Positions 21,499 through 32,259 of a stretch of 64,000 bases of DNA are shown in pieces. The notes under the pieces are model-generated. The model did not search any database. It saw only the letters and a program-made list of their open reading frames with translations, and had not been told where the DNA came from. This DNA is from Wickerhamiella versatilis. Lineage: Eukaryota. The position numbers and the translations under genes are program-made. The stretch's first letter is position 1. Every line of letters starts with the position of its first letter. The stretch spans positions 1,240,001 to 1,304,000 of the forward strand of contig JAQOWU010000007.1 of NCBI GenBank assembly GCA_030867685.1. The letters run 5' to 3'.

Positions 21499-23013
21499 AT
21501 GGCAACTCAAGTACCGCCGCCGTCAAAAAAACAAAGAAGAAAGGCCCAAGAGGCTAAAGAGGAGCTTTCAGGAATTCCAGAAGATCTTCCACATGTTCGT
21601 ATACAACTTCAAGCATTCGATACTGGTAAAGATTTGCAAGGGAGCATTAGAGTACCGGGTAACACAACTGCTCAACAACTGGAACTTCTTGTAAACCAAC
21701 TTTTGAATAATTCTGATGATCCTCTCCCATATGAATTTGCACTTGATAATGAACCACCGGTAGATGTGAGAAATGATCTTTGGACCGATATTCTTAAGCC
21801 TGGTATACGAAATACTGAGGAGCAACTTACACTTATTTATACGCCTAGAGCGGTTTTCAGGGTGAAAAATATAACCAGAGCTGCTGGGGTCGCTACTGGA
21901 CATGGCGCGACGATTTTGGCATGTCAGTTCTCCCCTTCTACCTCCAAATGGCTTGTAACTGGTGCCGGTGATGCAACTGCTCGGATTTGGAGTGCCGAGA
22001 CACAGACTCCCTGGAGAACATTGTCAGGCCATACTGACTGGGTGCTTGCAGTTGCATGGTCGCCTGATGGCCGCTGGGTGGCTACAAGTGGAATGGACAA
22101 TAGTGTAAGAGTTTGGGATCCTAAAACAGGTAACCAGGTGGGAAAGCCACTGGTGGGACATTCGAAATTCATTACATCCCTATCATGGGAGCCTTTACAC
22201 CTTGTCCCAGCGTCGCGAGAGCCAAGACTTGCCTCTGGATCCAAAGATGGCACTGTCCGAGTTTGGGCAGTTGACCGTGGTGTATGCGAGTACTGCATGA
22301 GTGGTCATAAGTCTAGAGTGTCTTGCGTTAAGTGGGGTGGTTTCGGTGACATCTTTTCTGGGTCACATGATAAGACCATTAAGCAGTGGAAGGAGGGGCG
22401 TTTGGTTGCAACACTTCAAGCGCATGCCCATTGGGTCAATCATATCGCATTGTCTACAGATTACGCTTTGCGTTCAGGACCTTTTGATGAACGCAAATTC
22501 ACTGGATCTCCTGAAGAATCAAGGCAACGTGCCCAAGAAAAATTTGACAAACTGGCATCTGTAGGAGGCCGTATAACAGAGAGAATGGTTACAGCCAGTG
22601 ATGACTTCACCATGTTTATTTGGGAGCCTAGTAAGTCTTCAAAGCCTATGAGCCGAATGACCGGTCATCAGAAACTCGTAAACCATGTCGCATTCTCGCC
22701 AGATGGTCGATATGTGGCATCTGCATCATTCGATAACTCGTTAAAATTGTGGAATGGGTTAGATGGTAAGTTCATTGCTTCTCTAAGAGGGCATGTAGCC
22801 GCAGTCTATCAGTGCGCGTGGTCAGCAGACTCTCGACTGCTTGTTAGTTGTTCCAAAGACACAACGTTAAAAATTTGGGATGTGAAAGCTCGTAAACTTA
22901 AATCAGATCTCCCTGGGCATACTGATGAAGTGTATGCTGTAGATTGGTCTGTCGACGGAGAAAGGGTTTGTTCGGGGGGAAAAGATAAAACTGTGAGATT
23001 CTGGACTCATTGA
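21499..23013 (+). CDS. RSA4: Ribosome assembly protein Rsa4 (Notchless), NLE + WD40
   Basis: PPPSKKQRR, NLE domain, HAHWVNHIALSTD, RMTGHQKLVNHV. Confidence 0.95.
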   Translation: MATQVPPPSKKQRRKAQEAKEELSGIPEDLPHVRIQLQAFDTGKDLQGSIRVPGNTTAQQLELLVNQLLNNSDDPLPYEFALDNEPPVDVRNDLWTDILKPGIRNTEEQLTLIYTPRAVFRVKNITRAAGVATGHGATILACQFSPSTSKWLVTGAGDATARIWSAETQTPWRTLSGHTDWVLAVAWSPDGRWVATSGMDNSVRVWDPKTGNQVGKPLVGHSKFITSLSWEPLHLVPASREPRLASGSKDGTVRVWAVDRGVCEYCMSGHKSRVSCVKWGGFGDIFSGSHDKTIKQWKEGRLVATLQAHAHWVNHIALSTDYALRSGPFDERKFTGSPEESRQRAQEKFDKLASVGGRITERMVTASDDFTMFIWEPSKSSKPMSRMTGHQKLVNHVAFSPDGRYVASASFDNSLKLWNGLDGKFIASLRGHVAAVYQCAWSADSRLLVSCSKDTTLKIWDVKARKLKSDLPGHTDEVYAVDWSVDGERVCSGGKDKTVRFWTH

Positions 23014-23112
23014 AATTTGCTAGTAAGGTTAGCAGAAATATAACAATAAGTCTGTATACGATATATATAAGTTTCTAATGAAGATACAGTAGTCTTTGTC
23101 ATCATAGTAATC

Positions 23113-23568
23113 ATGCTGGTGTTTAAGAGGTTTCTGCACAATCCACGAGGACTGCAGGGTATTCCTATCCCACGTGGAGCCTCAAGGATAAGAGACATCG
23201 AGCAAGTTGTTGGACCAATGAGTGCTCTGACTTCTGGATCCCGCTCATCTCCGAAGTGGGTACAAAAGTTTTTCCCAGACTCAGTCGCCGTTGAAGATTT
23301 GGCTGATCAACATGAAGGTAAAGCGTGGTATTTTGTGGAGCGTACACGCGCCGGAAATGTTCCTGTTTATACTGACTATAATAATGCGGGCCACTGCTGG
23401 ACCGAAGTGCGAAAAATACATGGTAGTGCCGGAGCTTTGAAAAATGATCTAAAGAAAGTATTGGACCTTCCGAAGAAGGACATTTGGGTCCTTGATTCAT
23501 CAAATCGCATACTTATTAGAGGCAATCATTGTGCTAGAGTCCGCCAGATCCTGAAATCTCAGTTCTAA
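23113..23568 (+). CDS. IMG2: Mitochondrial ribosomal protein mL49
   Basis: YFVERTRAGNVPVY, TEVRKIHG, IRGNH...ILKSQF. Confidence 0.85.
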   Translation: MLVFKRFLHNPRGLQGIPIPRGASRIRDIEQVVGPMSALTSGSRSSPKWVQKFFPDSVAVEDLADQHEGKAWYFVERTRAGNVPVYTDYNNAGHCWTEVRKIHGSAGALKNDLKKVLDLPKKDIWVLDSSNRILIRGNHCARVRQILKSQF

Positions 23569-23857
23569 CTACAATTATTATCCCGGAAAAAGTTCAAACG
23601 AAGAGATAGCACTGTGATTTGGGCATCCAGGAAAATAACCTTTGTATATATTTGAAATCAATTCACAAAACGCCTTCACGCAGACGATAAAGTAGAACTA
23701 TGCGCATTGAGTCATCAGGTCTAAAGCTCATCGGGGCTTAATTCTATTTAGAGCAATGTAGTAATTTGATGATATAGCTAGGAACAACTTACATTGATAG
23801 AAAGATTGCCTCACGCTATGAGAAAACTAAGGAGTAGAAACATTTATACCGTTACGT

Positions 23858-25075
23858 TTATTGCCCTCCCAGAAGTGAGAATCTTCTCACTATACCAGGT
23901 CCATACTCATCGTAGTCCTGTTTGGAGTAGCAGTAGTTTTTGAATTCTGCTGTTTGTGCCATGAGTGATCCTCCGAACCAAACCGCATTACGTTGTCGCT
24001 TGTGGCTTATCACTTGCACGTCGATTCCAGAAGAGCGGCCTCCACTAAGTTGCTCAGATTTTTGAATGCGTGCGTCTACCATTTTTTTGATATCACGCTG
24101 TAGGCGTCTGCCAAAGTCGCGGAACATTGTAGAGCCTCCGCTCAACACAATGTTTTTGTAAAGTCCTCTTCGAACATCCATCGGGCTCTGCTGTACTACA
24201 TTATCCACCACCTCAGGGAGAGGTGTAAGGTAGTCCGGAGTCGCAATCTCGGGACTGAAGAATATTTCGGGTGCCATGAAACGCTCATAACCGACATCCA
24301 CCGTGACCGTACGACCAGTGGCTAATTTCGCATCATACTGGCGAAATCGATCAGGTTCCTGATCAAAACGTTTGAATTCGTTGACTATATTTGGTGAGAC
24401 ATAGCAAAACTCTTGTTTGATTCGTTCTGCAGTTCTCAATGAAGTCTCAGGTTCTCCTCGGTCACGAAGAAGACCTTGGATGAAACTAGTGACATCCCGG
24501 CCCGCGATAGGAATATGCTTTATGGATGAGCCTATAACATAGCCCTCAGCAACTGCTATCACATGTGTAACACCATCACCGCTATCAATAACAGTTCCGG
24601 TGAGTGGCTGACCTACAACCTTGCTTGAAGTCCAGGAAGCCGCCAAAGCAAGGACTGCCTGCACAGCAATATACAAGCCCGCACAGTTGAAAGTCTCGAA
24701 CATGATTTCTGCCGTCATTTCGCGATTCTCCGGTGCGTTTAATGGTGGCTCCGTGAGCAAAAATCGATGGTCCTCAGGCTCACACCTTAGGTAGTTAAAT
24801 ATGGACGCAGCCCAGAAGCGCTCCATCTGATCCCAGTCTTCTATCTGACCATGTCGAATGGGATATGAAAGAGCCCATCTCGCACTATCAGCACGGGCAA
24901 GTGCTTCATCCCCTATAACGTATTGTGGAATCGTTGACTTGCGCTTGATGCCACCTACAGACACATCTGCTGTCGCAATTGCCGTAGGCATGACAAAACT
25001 GGGGCTATCATTTCCGGCAAAACCAAGCTTGGTGAGGCCGGTGCCATTATCCATGACAACCGCTGGCGAATTCAT
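23858..25075 (-). CDS. ARP3: Actin-related protein 3
   Basis: [50 protein letters not shown]. Confidence 0.98.
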   Translation of the reverse strand: MNSPAVVMDNGTGLTKLGFAGNDSPSFVMPTAIATADVSVGGIKRKSTIPQYVIGDEALARADSARWALSYPIRHGQIEDWDQMERFWAASIFNYLRCEPEDHRFLLTEPPLNAPENREMTAEIMFETFNCAGLYIAVQAVLALAASWTSSKVVGQPLTGTVIDSGDGVTHVIAVAEGYVIGSSIKHIPIAGRDVTSFIQGLLRDRGEPETSLRTAERIKQEFCYVSPNIVNEFKRFDQEPDRFRQYDAKLATGRTVTVDVGYERFMAPEIFFSPEIATPDYLTPLPEVVDNVVQQSPMDVRRGLYKNIVLSGGSTMFRDFGRRLQRDIKKMVDARIQKSEQLSGGRSSGIDVQVISHKRQRNAVWFGGSLMAQTAEFKNYCYSKQDYDEYGPGIVRRFSLLGGQ

Positions 25076-25789
25076 GTTGCGACAGTGCGATTAGTAATAC
25101 ACTTCTGAGTGAATATATGAATAGGTTCGGCCAATGCGAGCATTTATGTCTAGTGTAACGCCCATCGTGTCATTGATATTGAAAATGAGGGGGCTAATCC
25201 ATCTCAACATGTAGTAGATTGATAGTTATTGATCAAAAAAATGGGTCAAGGGGACATAATGGTATTTGTACGGTGCATTCTACTGCGATAAGCCGAATTT
25301 ATCAAGTGCTGTTGCTACTCCACGGATCGAATTAGTATTTTTATGGGCTTACAGTTCTCTTTGACTACACAAGGTTACGAATTCCTCATCGTGTGAGATC
25401 CTTAGGGCATCGTTAGAACTTAAATCGAAATGAGGTTAGGAGTGGCCGATTAAGAAGGTAGGATCCAATGCCAGAGCTGTATAATACAAGCAAAGAAGTG
25501 TTGAGCGAGTCAATTATCTTTTTACGTATAATGGGACTAGAGAGCTGCCTCCGCAGGTTGATGATATTGATATAGTAATGGTAATTTAAATCAAATTTCG
25601 TATGTTCGCTTAAGTCTGTGCATATTCGTTAATGCCTTTCTCAACTCTTTTCTCTGAGTTCGCTCGATAAGCGATGCTGATAAAGTGGCGGTCTCCACTC
25701 TGACTAATCAGACTTGCCGCGCGCCCCTGTATTCTAACAGACACCTCCTTTCGTAACTGCGAATCTTGACCAATTGAGGTAATTTGAAT

Positions 25790-27112
25790 ATGCATATGAG
25801 TGGAATTGTCCCTCGTGAGTCTGTTGCGCTAAGTCCTGTCCCATCTTTAGGTCATGTAGCCCTCTCCACCGGTACTCTTCCAGAATCGGGTTCAGATGAC
25901 TGGCATGAAGTACTAAGTGACACAGATGAAACTGATGGGGATGTGGCCAATAATCCTTCCGAACTTTCGCTGGTAATGCCGCGTATGCTGATGTCGCAAT
26001 TGCCTGTAACGGGTGGCGCTGGTAAGCTTAAAGTAATTGTAGTGGGCCGAAAGTCCGTTGGCAAAACAACACTTGTGGAAACGCTTATGACTGAATTTGG
26101 CTGCGCATCTTCCTCTCCTCGTGTTTCAGGTGGTCTCATGGAATATGTGATGGGGCCTCCACATGACCAAATGGCAATTGTTGATACTAGTGGTTATCTG
26201 ACACCTACTGACGCGTGTGATACCATCGATACGCTGACGGGATACCTTGATGCCTTGTATCATGAGACAGCTAGTCTCGTCAATGGCTTGAATCCTAACA
26301 CAGTGGCGGTGGTAAGTGAGGGTCGTTCTCTTGCCCAGTTTCCTCACGTCGATGTCTGCTTATTTTTATTGGACCCTCGCCAGGATTTAAACCCTGATCT
26401 GTTGGTAATGCAGACAATTGCGCAATATACTGCAGTTGTTCCTGTGCTGGCACAGAGCGACGAACTAAGCAATATTCCTGAGCTGAAAGAGCAGACTCTG
26501 GCCAAGATTGAACTGTCTCTACCGCCGTTGGAAGGGCTTCCACTGGCGATAAGCTCATTGACCAAATATAATGACGACATGACCATGAGTGCGGTGATGC
26601 AAGATAGTTATCAAAGCCAAGTCCCTGTGGAATCGGACTTATGTCACCTAATATCGTTACTTGATGGAAACGCTGCGGTATTCCGCTCGTGGACAGCACA
26701 GAGATTTCGTGACTGGGTTGCTTCGATGCACTTACGGTCGACTATTAACGACAGACTTTCTCAGCCAGCATTATTTAAGTTTGTTGAAATCGACCTCGGT
26801 GAATGGTCAATAGTTCAGGATGCTGCATCGCGTGCAATAACAAGAAGAGAAGGAACTTCTAACCAGCGTAATTCAGGGTCTTCTCGAAGGAACGCGGGAA
26901 GTATCTATAATGTGGATCCTCTCGATATTAACAAATGGGCACGTACTTTGAAGATACTCTTCGCCGTGGCTGCGGCAGCGTTTGGTGCTGTTGGGCTGCA
27001 TTTTGCGACCACAAAGGCTGTTGCCGTGCCACCACCACCGCCGCCTCCAAAGAAGCTGCCCGCGATGCTGGAAGATTGGATATTTTGGCTTCGAATTACG
27101 TTGATAAACTAA
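25790..27112 (+). CDS. Septin-like P-loop protein with C-terminal TM helix and Atg32-like N-terminal motifs
   Basis: GRKSVGKT P-loop, DTSG, HVDVCLF, PVLAQSD (septin G4-like), TM ILFAVAAAAFGAVGLHFA; first ATG 25790 (or 25796). Confidence 0.75.
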   Translation: MHMSGIVPRESVALSPVPSLGHVALSTGTLPESGSDDWHEVLSDTDETDGDVANNPSELSLVMPRMLMSQLPVTGGAGKLKVIVVGRKSVGKTTLVETLMTEFGCASSSPRVSGGLMEYVMGPPHDQMAIVDTSGYLTPTDACDTIDTLTGYLDALYHETASLVNGLNPNTVAVVSEGRSLAQFPHVDVCLFLLDPRQDLNPDLLVMQTIAQYTAVVPVLAQSDELSNIPELKEQTLAKIELSLPPLEGLPLAISSLTKYNDDMTMSAVMQDSYQSQVPVESDLCHLISLLDGNAAVFRSWTAQRFRDWVASMHLRSTINDRLSQPALFKFVEIDLGEWSIVQDAASRAITRREGTSNQRNSGSSRRNAGSIYNVDPLDINKWARTLKILFAVAAAAFGAVGLHFATTKAVAVPPPPPPPKKLPAMLEDWIFWLRITLIN

Positions 27113-27247
27113 TTGCCAAGCGACTGCATTTTATGAAACTAAATTCATCTTACGTATAACCTCTTTATTTAGCTTATATTCAACAATTTTATGTCCATTC
27201 AAGTAACTTGCGAGAAGTCTAAACTCTTTGCATTTCTTCGCTCTCCA

Positions 27248-28369
27248 TTAATCAACCAGATATTCCTTAACAGCTTGACCCCACTTTGGAACGCTCTTAT
27301 ATTGAGCTGTGGTCGCGGGCCAGGACTCAAAAGCTTTCACAAGCTCGTTACCAAGACCTTCGCGCTTGACATCTGCAAGTGGGTAGAAATAAGTCCTCAT
27401 GTTAAACAAAATGAATCCAGACTTCGGCAATTTTGTTAAGATTTGCTGCTCTACGCGAAGAAAAACGTCATTTTCAAAATCAAGCTCTGATGCCTTTAGC
27501 TGCACAGTATTCTGATTAGCCGACATGTGATTACCACTTGGACGGAAAAGACCTTTTCCTCCAACTTGAATACCCCATGTTAGTCTTTTCATGTACTTTC
27601 CCGGTTCAGCTTTCTTGAAAAACTTATTCATGGAGAACTGAAGACGCTCACGATATTGAGGGACCGGTTGATGTATATCCGTCAACTTTTTACCGAATTT
27701 CTCGGAATTCACGAATCCATTAGCTCCTACACCAGTATAAGCGCGAAGCACATACTCATCTTGCTCAGGGTCAAATTCTAACAAGTTGATGTCTTCCTCT
27801 GTGTTGATCGCAATGATTTCAAGGAGTTCCTTGTTCGATTTGCCAGAGCCTTCTGCATGCTTTGGCATATGAATATTTTTTAGAAGGTTTGTGACTTTAT
27901 CCCCATCCGCAACAAAGTATATGTGAAATCTTGTGAGCAAATAGTTGATTATCGTATCATAGGATTCATATACAGCTTTGGTAGTATTTTCCGTATCTGC
28001 AGCAACGCATGTCTCCTTTGGCTCATCGGCAATTATTTTTTGACGCTCATCTGTAACCTCAAGGTATGTGTTCTCCATTTTAATCCATTCCTTCAAGCTA
28101 GACTTCATGATACCCATAGTTATCGCATAGACTGGTCTGAAAGGGCGGTACTTATGCGGTTCAACCTTGGTCCAGTCAAAATCATCTGAGACAGGAACCG
28201 GAAGCTCATTACCGTCCTTGTCCACAGCTTTTTTATCTGTGCCTGATGGTGACGGTGTAGCATTGGGCAATATGTACTTGGTAATTAACCAACATACAAC
28301 CCATACCAAAATGTTCTTCCAGTTGAATAGTTGACTTATTTTGTCCGCTATTATATCTTGTTGCGCCAT
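27248..28369 (-). CDS. DUF3445 / heme-dependent oxidative N-demethylase alpha-like protein with N-terminal TM
   Basis: PHKYRPFR, ITMGI, EEDINLL, IHQPVPQY, LRVEQQILTKLPKSG, RTYFYPL; ATG 28369. Confidence 0.75.
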   Translation of the reverse strand: MAQQDIIADKISQLFNWKNILVWVVCWLITKYILPNATPSPSGTDKKAVDKDGNELPVPVSDDFDWTKVEPHKYRPFRPVYAITMGIMKSSLKEWIKMENTYLEVTDERQKIIADEPKETCVAADTENTTKAVYESYDTIINYLLTRFHIYFVADGDKVTNLLKNIHMPKHAEGSGKSNKELLEIIAINTEEDINLLEFDPEQDEYVLRAYTGVGANGFVNSEKFGKKLTDIHQPVPQYRERLQFSMNKFFKKAEPGKYMKRLTWGIQVGGKGLFRPSGNHMSANQNTVQLKASELDFENDVFLRVEQQILTKLPKSGFILFNMRTYFYPLADVKREGLGNELVKAFESWPATTAQYKSVPKWGQAVKEYLVD

Positions 28370-28506
28370 CGAGCCAGTTGATGATGTGAAGAACTCAAAC
28401 CTAACCACACTGATAACCTAGAAGGGTCGCCTATTATTATTTACATTCTAGTCAACAGTACTGTTACAAGTTTAATTAGCTGATGATACATAGATAGTTG
28501 AAATTA

Positions 28507-29487
28507 TCAACTCGTATCAAAATGGATGCTTTCTCCTTGAACATTGTGCTGCAAGCCGTTCAAAGTGAAGCCTGCCTCACTACCGAATCCAAACACGGGT
28601 AGGAAATCATTTTGCTTGAATTGCAAATATGGTGGTTCATGAATAGATTCAGCTTGGGGCGCAACTTCAACCACGGTTTGGTCAATACAGGATCTGAGCT
28701 GGGATTGTTGACTCGCATCCAAAGTACCTGTAGCCAAGAAAAATTGAATGTGATCTCCGACGCGTGGAGCAGGTCCTTGTGGATCCAGAACTAACATTTT
28801 TGAACGTGCAGACCATGATCCACCGCCACCAGCTACAACTTTGACATACGCAAGGCTTTCTCCATTCGAAGAAATTCCAGCATACACTGAATGCCCCAGT
28901 TTAGTCTGAAGTTCAGGTAAGTTCTGGAGAAATGATGAGGCTGGCTCGCCATCAAGTGTTTTTAACATATTGTCAGTACATCCTGTGATTTTAAGGGAAG
29001 GCGTCAATTGTTGTAATGGTTCGATAGAAGTTTTTTTGCGGAAATCGCAAGGCAGGAGTATCTTCGCTAGGTCCAGATGGGAAGAATTTCCAACATGTAG
29101 CTCTGATTCTATTCCAGTTGTGAAGAGCGTATTTGCTGCTGGTAAGTTGATAGTAGATGACGGGGTTTCCATTATGAGAGAAGACCGTTTGATCTCCCAC
29201 TGCCTACTCTGACTAGGTCTTAGAGGGGTAAGCTGGCACATTTCAATTTGCTTCTCCAGTATTAGCCAGCTGAATCCATTTCGTTGAACTCCTAGGGGCA
29301 CACTGTCACAGGCTATGGCCACGGTTTGTATTGCAGGAAATTGTGAAGCTAGGGGCCTCAGTTGTGAAGCGAGCTCTGGTGTAGAAACAGCAATAATCGC
29401 CTTAGTTAGGTTATTACTCGCATGCGGAAGCAGATAATCCACTAACGCTCTCCGCGGATTAACCACCGTTCCGACTGTAACACACAT
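28507..29487 (-). CDS. Conserved fungal hypothetical protein, possibly FIST C-domain-like
   Basis: 326-codon ORF; LPAANTLFTTG, NMLKTLDGEPASSFL, VVAGGGG, GDHIQF blocks. Confidence 0.6.
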   Translation of the reverse strand: MCVTVGTVVNPRRALVDYLLPHASNNLTKAIIAVSTPELASQLRPLASQFPAIQTVAIACDSVPLGVQRNGFSWLILEKQIEMCQLTPLRPSQSRQWEIKRSSLIMETPSSTINLPAANTLFTTGIESELHVGNSSHLDLAKILLPCDFRKKTSIEPLQQLTPSLKITGCTDNMLKTLDGEPASSFLQNLPELQTKLGHSVYAGISSNGESLAYVKVVAGGGGSWSARSKMLVLDPQGPAPRVGDHIQFFLATGTLDASQQSQLRSCIDQTVVEVAPQAESIHEPPYLQFKQNDFLPVFGFGSEAGFTLNGLQHNVQGESIHFDTS

Positions 29488-29926
29488 TGACTAAGAAGAT
29501 TTATATATTTCACGTCACCTTTACGCTAGTAGATATATGCATAACATATATGTATAGGGAGTACCGAGACTAGTGCATACCATTCGCCGTATAGAATTCA
29601 TTCTCTATACCCACTATGACTACATTATCATCTTATGCGTAGATATGTTCAGGCCTGTACAATCAAAACCACACTCGATCTATGCTCAGGCCGAAGCCAT
29701 TTATTTTCTTTTAAATCAAAGTAATGTTCCATTATAGTGGCGATTCTCCTTCCTTGAGCTAAACGTCTCGAGATTTTACTGACCTTGTGACATCATCGAG
29801 AACTATATTCTAAGATGAGCTTGTATCTACAATTACCCCTACATTTAGAACATGCCAGTCATCTAACTTGCAAGGCATATATACACGCAAGCTCGCTCAA
29901 AATAATAACTAAGAAGAGCGTTACGC

Positions 29927-30343
<417 letters not shown>

Positions 30344-30376
30344 TTAGAAGTCGATTCCCTAGGAGCCAATAATTGA

Positions 30377-30420
30377 ATGAGTCATCAGTCACTATGACGG
30401 CCCTACACCCTAATGTGACT
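30377..30420. promoter_or_regulatory. RP-gene promoter module: ATGAGTCAT, Homol-D-like CAGTCAC/AGTCACA, Homol-E/Tbf1-like TAGGGTGTAGGG
   Basis: atgagtcat 30377-85, cagtcact 30386-93, ccctacacccta 30401-12, tgtgact 30414-20; all 58-101 bp upstream of RPL40. Confidence 0.55.
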
Positions 30421-30743
30421 AATGTGTTCGGTAAGTAGCTCGAGTTTAGTTGCCTGATAAAGCTTCTGCTTGAGAATTAGGCGTCTGAGATAGTTTATTT
30501 ATATATTATCCTTTCTGTTTCTTTTGCAATGGGTGGTTTCTACAAGGTAAGGATTGTATATTGATCATGCCAACATAATCTGGGATCTGTTACTGGACCC
30601 AAATCCGCGCTAAATAAAATTTCTCAATCTATCTTGATTTGCAAGTTTTTTTGACTAACTCTTACTACTCTCTGAAAATTACTTTTGAGTGGACTTAAGA
30701 GCAATAAATCCTATTACGGATTATTAATACAACCGAAATTTCT

Positions 30744-31877
30744 ATGAGCGAACCACAAGTATCTCCAGATCAGACCACGGTTGCGAACAGTGCTGTTTTG
30801 ACCAAGTACCAAACAGCCGGTTCCATTTCTGAGCGTGTTCTTGGTGAAATCCTTCGCCTTGCGGTTCCAGGTGCAACTGTTGGCGAGCTCTGTACAAAGG
30901 GTGATGAACTCCTTGAGGAAGAGATCGCTAAGGTTTACAACAATAAAAAGGTGTCCAAGGGTGTGGCATTCCCAACCTGTGTAAGCCCAAATGATGCCGT
31001 CGCACATCTCAGCCCCCTTGAAACTGATGAGGAGTACAAGTGGGCACTTAAGGAGGGCGACGTTGCCAAGGTCATTGTCGGTGCTCATATCGATGGGTAT
31101 GCTACTGTCGTTGCCGGTACAGTCGCCGTTGGAAAGCCTAGTGAAGAGATAGAGGCCGCTATCAATGCGGCTTACATTGCCACAGAGGCTGCTCTCCGTA
31201 AGTTCAAGCCCGGTAACAAGAACTGGGACGTAACCAAGATAGTCGATGAGGCTACGGCTGAATTTGGAGTTAGCCCCTTGGAAGGAATGATGTCTTGTGA
31301 ACATAACCAGAACCAAGTGGCTGGTAAGAAGCGAATTATATTGAATCCATCTCAGGACCAGCGCCGTGACTTCGAGACTGTCAATTTCGGCGAAAATGAA
31401 GTCTATGGATTGGATGTGCTAGTTGGTGCCCCTGGTTCTCGTGGTAAAACTAAGCAGAAGTTGACCCAGACCACAGTCTACAGAAAGACGGACCTCACGT
31501 ATCAGCTAAAGCTTCGTACTTCACGTCAAGCTATTTCGGAAGTCCAGAAGAAGTGTGGTCAATTCCCCTTCAATGTAAAACTCCTTGATGATCAAAAGCG
31601 CGTGCGTATGGCGCTACAGGAACCGCTAAACCATGGCCTCTTGGACGCTTATGATGTTGTGTACGAAAAGGACAGTAAACCTGTGGTCCAGATGTTCACA
31701 ACTTTCGCAATCACTAAAACCGGTGTCATCAAGCTTGCCTCGGCGCCGGCGCCGAAGGTTGTGCCAGCGGTTAAGAATGAGGAATTGAAGCAGGTGTTGT
31801 CGACATCGCTCAAGACTAACAAGAAGAAGAAGAAGACCGAGAAAAAGATAGATTCTGAAACTGGTCTTAAGGAGTAG
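30744..31877 (+). CDS. CDB4: Curved DNA-binding protein Cdb4 / PA2G4 (Ebp1), inactive M24 peptidase fold
   Basis: VLTKYQTAG, KGVAFPTCVSPN, GAHIDGY, YQLKLRTSR, Lys-rich tail. Confidence 0.88.
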   Translation: MSEPQVSPDQTTVANSAVLTKYQTAGSISERVLGEILRLAVPGATVGELCTKGDELLEEEIAKVYNNKKVSKGVAFPTCVSPNDAVAHLSPLETDEEYKWALKEGDVAKVIVGAHIDGYATVVAGTVAVGKPSEEIEAAINAAYIATEAALRKFKPGNKNWDVTKIVDEATAEFGVSPLEGMMSCEHNQNQVAGKKRIILNPSQDQRRDFETVNFGENEVYGLDVLVGAPGSRGKTKQKLTQTTVYRKTDLTYQLKLRTSRQAISEVQKKCGQFPFNVKLLDDQKRVRMALQEPLNHGLLDAYDVVYEKDSKPVVQMFTTFAITKTGVIKLASAPAPKVVPAVKNEELKQVLSTSLKTNKKKKKTEKKIDSETGLKE

Positions 31878-32259
31878 ATAGCTGTGTAAAGTTAGCCGTT
31901 ACGCTCTGCATGTATTATCTAGCAGCAGTCGGAAAATTGAGCCCTCCTGGTTTCTTGTATATCTCTTTAAGAGTATTTGCCTGCATATTGCAAGGTATTT
32001 ACTCTAGAATCTAAAGAGCCATAGGTACATGATTTCCAATACCCTGTAAACTGGTCCACAAGGGGTAAGACGTGTTCTCATGATACTATGTGCCTGACAT
32101 TCTCAAGTTGTCTCGAATGTGTCCCATTCAGGAAACTTGACTCCGTCTATATATCGTTTTTGCTAGAAAATTAGAAAGATATTTGGTAGTGAAAGCTGAT
32201 TTAGTGTAGTTGTGGGTATATGCTACCTGCTTCCAGCCGGTCAGCTTTGTCAACCCACT

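Noticed and set aside
30431-30700. Possible 5' intron of CDB4 (GTAAGT 30431, GACTAAC 30653)
   Set aside because: No YAG acceptor close to the branch point and no in-frame join; the CDS is complete from ATG 30744
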